In this document: piece by piece, positions 49,675 through 58,239 of the stretch
Layout: the number at the start of each line of letters is the position of its first letter
Position numbering within the stretch: the first letter of the stretch is position 1
NCBI GenBank assembly: GCA_052034935.1
Contig: JBPOIB010000007.1
Coordinates: forward strand, 134-64,133
Reading direction: 5' to 3'
Source of the DNA: Candidatus Moraniibacteriota bacterium
Lineage (GTDB): Bacteria; Patescibacteriota; Minisyncoccia; Moranbacterales; UBA1568
Length of the DNA: 64,000 nt
The notes under the pieces: model-generated
What the model was told of the DNA's origin: nothing
The model's database searches: none
What the model saw: the letters and a program-made list of their open reading frames with translations, nothing else
Made by a program: the position numbers and the translations under genes

Positions 49675-50142
49675 TTAGGCAAAGTGAGCGAAGGCTTTGT
49701 TGGCTTCGGCCATCCGATGGGTCTCGTCACGCTTCTTCATGGCGGATCCAATCTTGTTCGAGGCGTCGATGAGCTCGTCAGCGAGCTTGTTGGCCATGGA
49801 CTTGCCTTTGCGGTTGCGGCAGCTGTCGCGGATCCAACGCATCGCGAGGACCTGGCGGCGCTCGCCGGAAACCGGGACCGGGACCTGGTAGTTCGCTCCA
49901 CCGACGCGGCGGCTTTTCAGTTGGAGAAGAGGGGAAACGTTCTTGATGGCTTGTTCAAAAGTATTGAGACCGGCTTTCTTGGTCCGCTCGGCGATGATAT
50001 CAAAGGCATCGTAGATGATACGCTCGGCGATGCTCTTTTTGCCACCCCACATAATCATCCCGACGAAATGCCCAACCAAAGGATTGCCGAAACGAGCGTC
50101 CGGCTTCCATGTCTTATCAAATTGTCGCTTTCTCCGTGGCAT
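49675..50142 (-). CDS. rpsG: 30S ribosomal protein S7
   Basis: 155 aa. Confidence 0.9.
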   Translation of the reverse strand: MPRRKRQFDKTWKPDARFGNPLVGHFVGMIMWGGKKSIAERIIYDAFDIIAERTKKAGLNTFEQAIKNVSPLLQLKSRRVGGANYQVPVPVSGERRQVLAMRWIRDSCRNRKGKSMANKLADELIDASNKIGSAMKKRDETHRMAEANKAFAHFA

Positions 50143-50163
50143 AAATTTCGTTCAGATTGGCAC

Positions 50164-50583
50164 TTAGTCTTTCTTCTTCTCCTTCTTCGCACCGTACTTC
50201 GAGCGGCTCTGCTTTCTCGTTGTCACGCCGGCAGCATCGAAGATACCGCGAACGACGTGATAGCGTACACCTGGAAGGTCCTTCACGCGGCCGCCCCGAA
50301 TCATGACGATCGAGTGCTCCTGGAGATTGTGGCCTTCGCCCGGGATGTAGGCCGTCACTTCCATGCCGTTGGTGAGCCGGACACGAGCAATCTTGCGCAT
50401 CGCGGAGTTCGGTTTCTTTGGGGTCATGGTCGTCACCTTGAGACAGACTCCCCGCTTGTAGGGACTATCAGTCTTGGTAATGCGATTCTTGACCGTATTG
50501 ATAACAAAAGTCATCGCCGGAGACTTGGATTTCTTCTTGGCGATCTTGCGCGGGCGCTTGATAAGCTGATTGATGGTGGACAT
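50164..50583 (-). CDS. rpsL: 30S ribosomal protein S12 (carries an insertion of about 10 aa after SKSPA)
   Basis: [24 protein letters not shown] motifs; 139 aa versus the typical 124. Confidence 0.9.
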   Translation of the reverse strand: MSTINQLIKRPRKIAKKKSKSPAMTFVINTVKNRITKTDSPYKRGVCLKVTTMTPKKPNSAMRKIARVRLTNGMEVTAYIPGEGHNLQEHSIVMIRGGRVKDLPGVRYHVVRGIFDAAGVTTRKQSRSKYGAKKEKKKD

Positions 50584-50648
50584 TCGTGTCGAATTCGTTA
50601 GCTTAGGCTTGAGACAAACAAAAAAAGACGTGTTGTCGATGTGAAACG

Positions 50649-50677
50649 AGTGTACCGGATAGGAAACTGCTTGTCAA
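50649..50677 (-). promoter_or_regulatory. Candidate sigma-70 promoter of the rpsL-rpsG-fusA operon
   Basis: Minus-strand TTGACA (50672-50677), 17-nt spacer, TACACT (50649-50654). Confidence 0.45.
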
Positions 50678-50691
50678 CTGGATACTCGAAT

Positions 50692-51411
50692 CTACAGAAT
50701 CAACCCGAAGAAAAGGTTCAGAAAAAACGACATAAAGGCGCTAATCGGGGCTGGGAAAAGAAAAATGATAAAAAGGAGGACGAAGAAGCCATACTGCTCG
50801 AGCTGGAGCTGTGTCCGCTCGCTCACTGGGAAGAAGGTGAAGAGGATTTTCGAACCATCCAAGGGTGGGATCGGCAGCAGATTGAAGCAGCCCAGGACGA
50901 CATTCCAGAAAACCACAAAGAGGAGGAGACCAAAAAAGATACTCGGGAGAGAGCCCGCCATGAGTGCCGCCAGATCACCGAAGCGCTCAAGGAAGCCGCT
51001 TCCACCGCCGATGACCTTGGAGAAGCTCCGGTACATCTCGAGTTTCTCGCCCGTCGCAAGAGGAACGACCATAGCGAGTACAGCAGCTACAAAAGCCATA
51101 ATAAAATTTGTCGCCGGACCAGCAAGCGCTACTTGGAGCGGCCCCCATTTCTGATCCCGGAGATTGGTCGGATTGTACGGTACCGGCTTGGCATAGCCGA
51201 AAGCAAAACCGGTCGGGATGAGGAGGAGCGGAATGAGAATGGAACCAATTGGATCGATATGGCTCACCGGATTCAACGTAATTCGCCCGGCAAATTTTGC
51301 CGTGATGTCGCCGAGCCAAAGTGCCACAACCCCATGCGACACTTCATGGATGATCACCGAGTAGAGCAGCGTGGCGAAATAAAACGCCAAGAGAACAATT
51401 TCATTAGACAT
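50692..51411 (-). CDS. Site-2 protease family (M50) zinc metalloprotease
   Basis: HEVSHG (HExxH) in the first TM; LDG motif; multi-TM. Confidence 0.8.
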   Translation of the reverse strand: MSNEIVLLAFYFATLLYSVIIHEVSHGVVALWLGDITAKFAGRITLNPVSHIDPIGSILIPLLLIPTGFAFGYAKPVPYNPTNLRDQKWGPLQVALAGPATNFIMAFVAAVLAMVVPLATGEKLEMYRSFSKVIGGGSGFLERFGDLAALMAGSLPSIFFGLLLFVVFWNVVLGCFNLLPIPPLDGSKILFTFFPVSERTQLQLEQYGFFVLLFIIFLFPAPISAFMSFFLNLFFGLIL

Positions 51412-51775
51412 AGAAAGGTTTTGAGAGGAATACCGTAAGTATCGGAGCGGAAAATAAAATCCACTCCCCTTACCAAGATACCATATCCGACAGGGTCCTT
51501 CTCCACTCTTGCCGAAATCGATTAAGCATGATATCCTCGGTAGGCATCTAAACAGCCTTTGAAGTTTTTGCTATGAGCCGTGTCTGCCAACTTTCCGGCC
51601 GGGGAACCCAAACCGGTAATAAAATCAGCCATTCCAAGCGCCATACCCGCCGCACATTCGCGATTAATCTCCAGACGAAGCGCATCGGCGGCATGAAATT
51701 CCGGCTTTCGACTCGTGCCATCCGGACTTTGGCGAAGTCTGCCGCCTAGACCTTGGCTTCATTGCTGAATCAAAT

Positions 51776-51806
51776 AAAAACGAGGCTGTGGAGCCTCGTT
51801 TTTATT
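51776..51806. terminator. Bidirectional intrinsic terminator
   Basis: AAAAA-CGAGGCT-GTGG-AGCCTCG-TTTTTAT. Confidence 0.6.
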
Positions 51807-51893
51807 ATCCCCCTAAAAAAGATGGCCGGCATGGACAAAGTGCCTAAAATATGCAATTATTTAGCGTCCAATCAAGGACACAAGGAGACAGAG

Positions 51894-52031
51894 ATGCCCT
51901 TTCCTCCCGCACCGTTCACCCTGATGATGTACAAAGTGAACGAGTGGCTGTTCGCCGCCATCGTTCTGTCAACGATGTTCCCCTCGCTCTGCGTCACCAG
52001 CCTCTCGACTGCCCCACTGGGGATCTGGTAG
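51894..52031 (+). CDS. Candidate 45-aa hydrophobic micro-protein
   Basis: Strong SD AAGGAGACAGAG before the ATG at 51894; followed by a terminator at 52051-52092. MPFPPAPFTLMMYKVNEWLFAAIVLSTMFPSLCVTSLSTAPLGIW. Confidence 0.3.
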   Translation: MPFPPAPFTLMMYKVNEWLFAAIVLSTMFPSLCVTSLSTAPLGIW

Positions 52032-52050
52032 CGAGCGAAAGACACCTCGG

Positions 52051-52092
52051 CCCACCGGCAGGAAACCTGCTTCGGTGGGCTTTCTGCTTTTT
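52051..52092 (+). terminator. Intrinsic terminator (hairpin CCCACCG...CGGTGGG followed by CTTTCTGCTTTTT); also lies just 3' of dsbB
   Basis: 7-bp GC stem with a 15-nt loop, then a T-run; an A-run precedes it on the other strand. Confidence 0.55.
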
Positions 52093-52131
52093 ATACAAAG
52101 CCAATGTTCTGGCAGCATTTTCCACCAATGA

Positions 52132-52641
52132 TTAGCTTGGGTCGGACGGAGTAGTTTTGCTTCTTGTATAAATCCAAAGGCCGGCCAGAGTCAGTCCAGT
52201 GAAGGCGATGAGTGACCAGTCAGCGATTGAAAGTCCGAGCATAGTCCAATCGATAATCGCACAGTTACCAGTACCGCCAAGTGCTGCGAGAAAGTCATCA
52301 AGCATGGAACCGAAGGAAACCGCACAGCCGCTTGATTCCACTATTTTCTGGAAATGCTGGAGATAGACGTGGCGAGCCGCGATCATCCAACCAACAAATG
52401 CAAAGAGAGAAACGGCCAGGCCCGCTGCCCGGATGGTAAACTGGCGCCACCAGCCCATATAACCAGTCAGTGCCGAAAGTCCCACAAAGGCATAAAAGAA
52501 ACGTTGTGCGATACAAAGCGGACACGGAACGAGGTTTACCATATGGACCAGATACATGGCAAAGAGAAGCAGACTCGCACAATAGATCGCGATAGCAAGG
52601 AGGAGATTTTTCGGCTCGAACAGAAGACGAAGGTAGTGCAT
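52132..52641 (-). CDS. dsbB: Disulfide bond formation protein B
   Basis: CPLC in the first periplasmic loop; second Cys pair later; 4 TM helices. Confidence 0.8.
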   Translation of the reverse strand: MHYLRLLFEPKNLLLAIAIYCASLLLFAMYLVHMVNLVPCPLCIAQRFFYAFVGLSALTGYMGWWRQFTIRAAGLAVSLFAFVGWMIAARHVYLQHFQKIVESSGCAVSFGSMLDDFLAALGGTGNCAIIDWTMLGLSIADWSLIAFTGLTLAGLWIYTRSKTTPSDPS

Positions 52642-52781
52642 ACGTTATGACAAGAAATTCCCTTTTCAGTATAGCAGCCGTACCCGAAAACGTATTCCCA
52701 CCCACTGTAACCCCCTCTCTCTTTTAGTGAACTGCTGTCGGTTGTTATGATGCGTGATGCGCCACACAGTCATTGTCTTCG

Positions 52782-53024
52782 CTACTTCCTAAGAGAAATA
52801 TCCATATCTGTGATTTTCTGCTCGAGAAGCGGCATAACACCATCAAGCATCCGATTCCAAAGAGCGCTATTCGTCGCTTGAAGAACAACATCCAAAACTC
52901 GCCCGGCCGCGACAACGCCAATCTTCTCACCGCGTTCTTTTTCGAAATATCCGATTATCTCACCTACTGCATGACGGCGTTCCACATCGGAAAGCACATC
53001 CCAGTCGCGCTTCACTCCGGACAT
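52782..53024 (-). CDS. DUF2164-family protein
   Basis: 80 aa, YoaH-like. Confidence 0.5.
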   Translation of the reverse strand: MSGVKRDWDVLSDVERRHAVGEIIGYFEKERGEKIGVVAAGRVLDVVLQATNSALWNRMLDGVMPLLEQKITDMDISLRK

Positions 53025-53034
53025 ATCTGTGTGC

Positions 53035-53685
53035 CTATTTTGGCATCTTCAGCACATCAACGACACGGCCATTCATGACGAAATTATCCTCTGACGTGAG
53101 AAAAATCGGCTGATGCCTTTTATCAGTCGACTCGGGTAGGAGGGCGATCATCTTGCCGCCCTGAGAGCGGTATGTTTTCACCGTTGCGAGCCCGTCGATC
53201 ACGACGAGTACCCGATCACCATTCTTGTACTCTTTCACCTCGGCATCAACCAGGACGAAATCGCCATTCTGGATGAGCTTACCGTTCACCTTGGCACGAT
53301 TCATCGATGTGCCGGAGATCTGGACAGCGAAGACATTATGATCCTTAACGAGCCGTTTCGAGACGCGCAGGTACCCTTCGACGTACTGATCAGCAAACAT
53401 GGTTGCCGCTCCAGCACTCGCGGCTCCGAAAACCGGAATCTCGACAAAACTATCAGAATTCACACCCTTGAGGAGAATCCCGCGGTCCTCACTCGTCCGT
53501 TCGATGTAGCCTTTGTCCTCGAGCGCATTCAGGTAGAGGAAAAAGCTTCGAAGGCTTTTCAGGTTCAGTCCGAGCTTACTACTCTCCTCTTTGATTTCAC
53601 GTACCGTCGGCATTTCACCGTGGTCGGTAAAGAACTGTTTTATGGCCTGGAGGACAATGCGCTGTTTTTGAGTCAGGATTTCCAT
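53035..53685 (-). CDS. lexA: LexA repressor (S24 peptidase)
   Basis: N-terminal wHTH; Ala-Gly cleavage site region; Ser nucleophile GTSM; catalytic Lys. Confidence 0.9.
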   Translation of the reverse strand: MEILTQKQRIVLQAIKQFFTDHGEMPTVREIKEESSKLGLNLKSLRSFFLYLNALEDKGYIERTSEDRGILLKGVNSDSFVEIPVFGAASAGAATMFADQYVEGYLRVSKRLVKDHNVFAVQISGTSMNRAKVNGKLIQNGDFVLVDAEVKEYKNGDRVLVVIDGLATVKTYRSQGGKMIALLPESTDKRHQPIFLTSEDNFVMNGRVVDVLKMPK

Positions 53686-53756
53686 AGTGCTTATGTGTTT
53701 ACTTCACTTACACTATGAATTATATAATCTTCCGAAATCCTGTCAAACGACCATTT

Positions 53757-54620
53757 TCAAAAGAGTTCTCCCCGCCAGTCTGGACTCACTATCGTTTGAC
53801 CGTCAGATCGAAAAACGAGGTAACTCGAACGAAACGAGCGGGCCAATGCCGGATAACATTCTTCGATAGCGAGGAACAGCCCCGAGGTCATGCAGTCCGC
53901 GGACCAGGCATCAGGCGCGAGCGCAGCGCAGCCCACAACCAATTCGATAACTTTCCGCGTTCCAGGGTCAACTAGGTGATGCCACTTCCCCCACCGCCGC
54001 CGAAAACTATCCGACACGGCAAGACCCTGTTGTGACAGTTCGACGACACCTGCCGCAATATCAGGCTTTCCAGGATATTCAATAGCTACGCGCCAGGGTC
54101 GGCCATCCGCTTTGGACGTTCCGAACATATCGCCGCCCCCATCCACGATAAAATATTCATAACCTACCCGGCGGACAATGTCCGCAATCCGATCGATGCA
54201 GTAACCCTTGCCAATACCACCGAGATCAAAGGCCGCCGGACCATCGAGCACTAACGCGCCGTCGACGAGCGACCAGGCCGGGAGCTGCTCTCCGTATTGA
54301 ATCGAGACCAACTTTGACTGACCGCCATAGCCTACTCCTTCGAGAACACCTCCAACGACTGGATCATACACGCCGCCAGTGAGTCCGCGGAGGAGCGCCG
54401 CCCGTTCAAGAAGCCGGAAAAATTCAGGGGAAATCGGATAAGTTCCAGCAGCAACCTCTCGAAAAGCATTTGTCTCTGAGCCGGGCAAAAAACGCGAAAA
54501 ACGGGACTCAAAGTCCCGCGCATAACTGACCACCTGCTCACGGAGACTCTCCGGGATTGACTCGGTGTCAACCACAACTGACCAGGCCGTCCCCAGCCCT
54601 TGGAAACCAATCGTCTGCAT
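53757..54620 (-). CDS. apbE: FAD:protein FMN transferase (ApbE family), no signal peptide detected
   Basis: 287 aa with ApbE core motifs (DLGGIGKGY, DGGGD); begins MQTIGFQGLGTAWSV without a lipoprotein signal. Confidence 0.75.
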   Translation of the reverse strand: MQTIGFQGLGTAWSVVVDTESIPESLREQVVSYARDFESRFSRFLPGSETNAFREVAAGTYPISPEFFRLLERAALLRGLTGGVYDPVVGGVLEGVGYGGQSKLVSIQYGEQLPAWSLVDGALVLDGPAAFDLGGIGKGYCIDRIADIVRRVGYEYFIVDGGGDMFGTSKADGRPWRVAIEYPGKPDIAAGVVELSQQGLAVSDSFRRRWGKWHHLVDPGTRKVIELVVGCAALAPDAWSADCMTSGLFLAIEECYPALARSFRSSYLVFRSDGQTIVSPDWRGELF

Positions 54621-54631
54621 GTATCTATTCG

Positions 54632-55090
54632 CTAAATCTGCTTCTGGAGATCTTTGATTGCGTCATTGAACGCCCATGTTGTCAGTGAGGACTGGCCAAC
54701 CTTGTCGATAGCGGTCAGTTCGGACAGCTTCTTGCCCTTGAGGATAACATTCACCTCGCTATTAAAATCTTTTTTCTTCTCGGGCACTTCATTCGTCTCA
54801 GCATCCAGTGTCTGAATCTGCTCGATCATCCCCGCCGCGTCAAGGGTCACTACAAATCGGAGATGGTCTACCTTATCACCTGGCACCTCATAACTCACCG
54901 TCGCACTCACTTCGCGCGGTTTATCCATGACGGCAACCGGCGCCGGAACAGTTTCCGGCTTCATCGAACGAAAGATGCTGGCCGCCTGACGATAATAAAT
55001 CGCTACGGTAACAACGAGAACGAAAGCAATAAGTACAAGACTCTTGGGTATTTTTTGCATACTCTTTTTATTTTTTTTCGACACCACCAT
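54632..55090 (-). CDS. Membrane-anchored FMN-binding-domain-like protein (probable ApbE substrate)
   Basis: N-in signal anchor; C-terminal KGKKLSELTAIDKVGQSSLTTWAFNDAIKDL; 11-nt gap to apbE. Confidence 0.45.
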   Translation of the reverse strand: MVVSKKNKKSMQKIPKSLVLIAFVLVVTVAIYYRQAASIFRSMKPETVPAPVAVMDKPREVSATVSYEVPGDKVDHLRFVVTLDAAGMIEQIQTLDAETNEVPEKKKDFNSEVNVILKGKKLSELTAIDKVGQSSLTTWAFNDAIKDLQKQI

Positions 55091-55188
55091 AATACACCCG
55101 GGCTAAGCTGGAATCAAACGACTTATTTGAGATTCAAAGAAAAAAGTCCTTACCGCCAAGTGGCGACAAGGACCCTGAGAAAAACCGC

Positions 55189-55551
55189 TCAAGCGATGCG
55201 ACGATTGATTGCGCGGCGGATATGCCGCCTGACTCGGCCGAGCGAAAGAGGCCTCCCCGGTTCGAAACGAATGAATGGGAAGCGCCAGCGGCCGACACCA
55301 GGACCGATAAGGAGTGTTCCTTTCGGCGGGGCATCGACACCGACCTGGAAATCGATCTGAATCGTGAGCCGCCAGAGCGCGCCGGCCGGGTGCACGATGT
55401 TCATCTCATCGTCCCGAACCTCGTCGAGGAATCCTGGAATCCACGGGTGATGCATCACAAGATGCTCATACACCGCATGGATCGAATCCGGAGTTCGCTC
55501 GATCAAAACACCATTTTGGAAACGGCGCCAGACAACCAGCGGCAGCATCAT
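55189..55551 (-). CDS. Hypothetical protein (GC-rich)
   Basis: 120 aa ORF, no recognisable motif. Confidence 0.35.
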   Translation of the reverse strand: MMLPLVVWRRFQNGVLIERTPDSIHAVYEHLVMHHPWIPGFLDEVRDDEMNIVHPAGALWRLTIQIDFQVGVDAPPKGTLLIGPGVGRWRFPFIRFEPGRPLSLGRVRRHIRRAINRRIA

Positions 55552-55757
55552 GGGTTACCCTCCTTGAAGCGAGTCAACAGTTGGGAAAAAACGAAGACGG
55601 TCAGCTTAGCGGAAAGAATGCACACAGTCAATGCTGTCCCACTCCTTGTAGATACAAAGACTAGCGGAAACTCCCGTATTGCCGTCTCTCTTCCCTCATG
55701 CTATGCTAGGCGCTCAAGTTTTTTCCCAATTCCTATAACCTTCCCGGAGGAAATCGC

Positions 55758-55952
55758 ATGCTCCCCGTCTCTCGTGAAACACTGTTCGTGACGCTCATCT
55801 GCGCTCTCGCAATCGGATCCGCGATGATTCCGTTCCTGCTTTCTCCAGACAGCACCGGGTTCTGGCACATCGATACCAGAGCACAGTCATCGAGCGAGCA
55901 GTCTGCGCCAGCGGCTGAGCCGCCACATCAAAACGCCAGCAGCCCTCAGTGA
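55758..55952 (+). CDS. Hypothetical small membrane protein
   Basis: SD GGAGG 7 nt upstream of the ATG; one TM helix. Confidence 0.4.
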   Translation: MLPVSRETLFVTLICALAIGSAMIPFLLSPDSTGFWHIDTRAQSSSEQSAPAAEPPHQNASSPQ

Positions 55953-56051
55953 ACGTCGCTGCGTCAAACGCGCCGCCCGCAATGTCAGGCGGCCTTTTTC
56001 TTTTCTCGCAAGACAAAACCGGCTCCTTAGAGCCGGCTGAATTAGCTCTTA

Positions 56052-56225
56052 TTATTTTTTGGTCTGGACTATCTGGGCCCTCGACTGAGCCTCCGAATCA
56101 TACATACTCGCCTCAGCATAGTCGGCCTGGATGCCCTGGCTTTTGTTGACGACTAACTGTCCCATGAGAAAAGAAACGGAAACGACGAGGGTGAGTGCAA
56201 GAAGAGTAGGGATTTGATGACGCAT
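56052..56225 (-). CDS. 57-aa secreted peptide (signal peptide, Gln/Ala-rich mature part)
   Basis: MRHQIPTLLALTLVVSVSFLMG...; followed at 56020-56045 by a hairpin and T-run terminator on the minus strand; below the ORF-track size cutoff. Confidence 0.4.
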   Translation of the reverse strand: MRHQIPTLLALTLVVSVSFLMGQLVVNKSQGIQADYAEASMYDSEAQSRAQIVQTKK

Positions 56226-56310
56226 AGATTTTTATATTAATATTCTTCCCTTACTCTAGCATGAGACCGCTGCTCGAATCTATCATTCTGTCCATGCTAT
56301 CATTTGTTAT

Positions 56311-56994
56311 ATGACCAATCCATCCGAAATGCCACCCGTGCAGCCGCCGAAACCAGTCGCGGAGACCCCTCGGCACGAATTACCCGTGACAGAGCCACAA
56401 ATACCTGATGCGCCAACTCACCCGGAAAAACCCCTTGATCCGCCGCAGCTGAGTATTAAAGAACGCGTTTCAGCTGACACCCTGACACCCGAACAGGCAG
56501 AACAAGCCGCGAGAATGTTCGAACCCATTCGGGATCCAGTATTGAACGCCGCCCGGAGACAAGAAGCCAGAGAGCGCCAACGTCTCCATCCCGACCAGGA
56601 TGGCCCTGTCGTTCCCTCCACGGCGGCTGAAATGGCCGAGTATGAACGACGCTACGATAGCGGATGGCAAGACCCTGCTGATTCGCAAAGCCGCGAAGCA
56701 GTCAATCAGAAGGAACGCGAGGATTTAGAAAATCTAAGAAGGGCGGTTGAACTCATGGATGAGTTTGAGCTTGCCTATCCCCTGCAAGAATTGCACGCGA
56801 TTACTCATATTTCGGTTCCTGAGCTCATGGCGCATCCAATCCGGAAGCCAGCCAACATTGCCCTCGTTCATATCCGAAAAGCGATAGACGCTACTGGATC
56901 AAAGAAAATACCAGAGATTGAGGAACGCTACCTCCGTCTTTCTCGAGCAGTCGGAAAATATAACTCTCTCAGTAAATCAGTCGAGCACGATTAG
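56311..56994 (+). CDS. Hypothetical protein with Pro-rich N-terminus
   Basis: 227 aa. Confidence 0.4.
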   Translation: MTNPSEMPPVQPPKPVAETPRHELPVTEPQIPDAPTHPEKPLDPPQLSIKERVSADTLTPEQAEQAARMFEPIRDPVLNAARRQEARERQRLHPDQDGPVVPSTAAEMAEYERRYDSGWQDPADSQSREAVNQKEREDLENLRRAVELMDEFELAYPLQELHAITHISVPELMAHPIRKPANIALVHIRKAIDATGSKKIPEIEERYLRLSRAVGKYNSLSKSVEHD

Positions 56995-57039
56995 CGACTT
57001 CCTATCAGATAAAGAAAAAAGAGGGGGGCCGCATCACGT

Positions 57040-57070
57040 GCGGCTCCCCTTTGGAAACACGGTGAGTCCT
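57040..57070. terminator. Bidirectional terminator (GGGGGCCGCA-TCACG-TGCGGCTCCCC)
   Basis: 10-bp GC stem; a T-run on the minus strand (TCTTTTTTCTTT) and AAAAAAGAG/TTTGG on the plus strand. Confidence 0.6.
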
Positions 57071-57083
57071 GACTGACTCGGCG

Positions 57084-57350
57084 CTACCGGCAACCTTCGG
57101 CCGGCTGGGCAGATTCGGACTCTCCCATCTCCTCGACGAGGAGGTAAGCGGTCTGCCGACTCCAGGGTTCTTCGAAAGAGACCACCCGCTTCTCGCAGAT
57201 GGCGCCGTTCGGCATCTGCACGTCCGCCACGCTGCACGAGACTTCGATCTCGGCACCGGCTCGGATCTCGAAGCGGGATGCCTCGAGGTATCCTGTATCC
57301 GGGTTGTGCTTGAAGACAAGCACGTTCTTCGTGAGTTTAATGGTCGTCAT
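57084..57350 (-). CDS. Hypothetical protein (88 aa)
   Basis: SD AAGGAGA 8 nt upstream of the ATG at 57350; the track ORF extends to 57413. Confidence 0.4.
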   Translation of the reverse strand: MTTIKLTKNVLVFKHNPDTGYLEASRFEIRAGAEIEVSCSVADVQMPNGAICEKRVVSFEEPWSRQTAYLLVEEMGESESAQPAEGCR

Positions 57351-57509
57351 CGACACTTCTCCTTCGGTTGGGGTGGTGGAAAATGAGAAAGGAACTTCCG
57401 CCGAGTATCGCAAATCCGGCCGCCTGAGTCAAATGAAAACCGCCGAGAATCACTCCGGTGCGGTTTTTGGTTTTTTCATCCTGCCGTCAGATGCACTCCC
57501 TGACTGTCA

Positions 57510-58112
57510 TTAAAGAATCTTCCTCGGCTGCAAAAGGACGAAAAAGAAAGAGATAAGTGCAAAGGCAGCCATGATGATGAAGACCGGCACGAAACCAAAA
57601 TAGGTAGCAATAAATCCGCCGGCTACCACTCCTACCGCCGAGATCAAGCTATGAAAAATACTCCATGAGGAATAATCCCTTACTGTTTCTCCGTGATCCA
57701 GATGCCTTGCGAAAAGGGCATTGAATGACGGGCTGCCGAGTGCCTCCCCCAATCCGAGAAGTACCTGGACGAAGAGGAGCATCGGCATGTTGGCAACGAA
57801 GATATACGCGAGCCAGGCGATGGCTCGGACGAGGAATCCCGCCATGAGGAGGTATTCTTTCTCTCTCATCCGATCGCCGAACTGGGCAATCAAGAGAGTA
57901 AACAGCGTAGAGGCGATCAGAAAAGCAGCCGAAGAGGCGCTGATGGCCACCGGAGTCGAAACGATTCTCTCAACATACACCGCATATAGCGGACCGAGCA
58001 GGCTCGCACCGAAAATAAAAATCCCGTTCGCTTGAAAAAGCACTTTGAGTCCTTTGTTTCTCATGTTTCTCATTGTACATGAGAAGTCTCCCACCGACCC
58101 AAAAATATACAT
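57510..58112 (-). CDS. Half-size MFS-like membrane protein (6 TM), possibly a truncated transporter
   Basis: 200 aa; resembles the C-terminal half of an MFS transporter. Confidence 0.4.
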   Translation of the reverse strand: MYIFGSVGDFSCTMRNMRNKGLKVLFQANGIFIFGASLLGPLYAVYVERIVSTPVAISASSAAFLIASTLFTLLIAQFGDRMREKEYLLMAGFLVRAIAWLAYIFVANMPMLLFVQVLLGLGEALGSPSFNALFARHLDHGETVRDYSSWSIFHSLISAVGVVAGGFIATYFGFVPVFIIMAAFALISFFFVLLQPRKIL

Positions 58113-58239
58113 TCACCCCTTCAAAGGATTGACAGGATGCTTTTTTTGCTGTTCAATGCAAGGTCGGTCTCGAAGCAAGCTACCCGGGGCCGATAGGTCC
58201 CTTTGTCCCTTCCCACAACGCTTCGAGGAGTTCCTCACC

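Noticed and set aside
49321-50601. 426-aa plus-strand ORF
   Set aside because: Antisense to fusA, rpsG and rpsL.
51522-51758. 79-codon minus-strand open frame with CMD/AhpD-like C-terminal similarity
   Set aside because: No in-frame start until codon 40 and no SD; probably a gene remnant. Not called as a CDS.
53686-53756. Possible LexA box upstream of lexA (AGTGTAAGTGAAGTAAACACATAAGCACT)
   Set aside because: Only a weak AGTG...CACT outer symmetry; does not match either CTGT-N8-ACAG or GAAC-N4-GTTC consensus convincingly. The lineage's SOS box is unknown.
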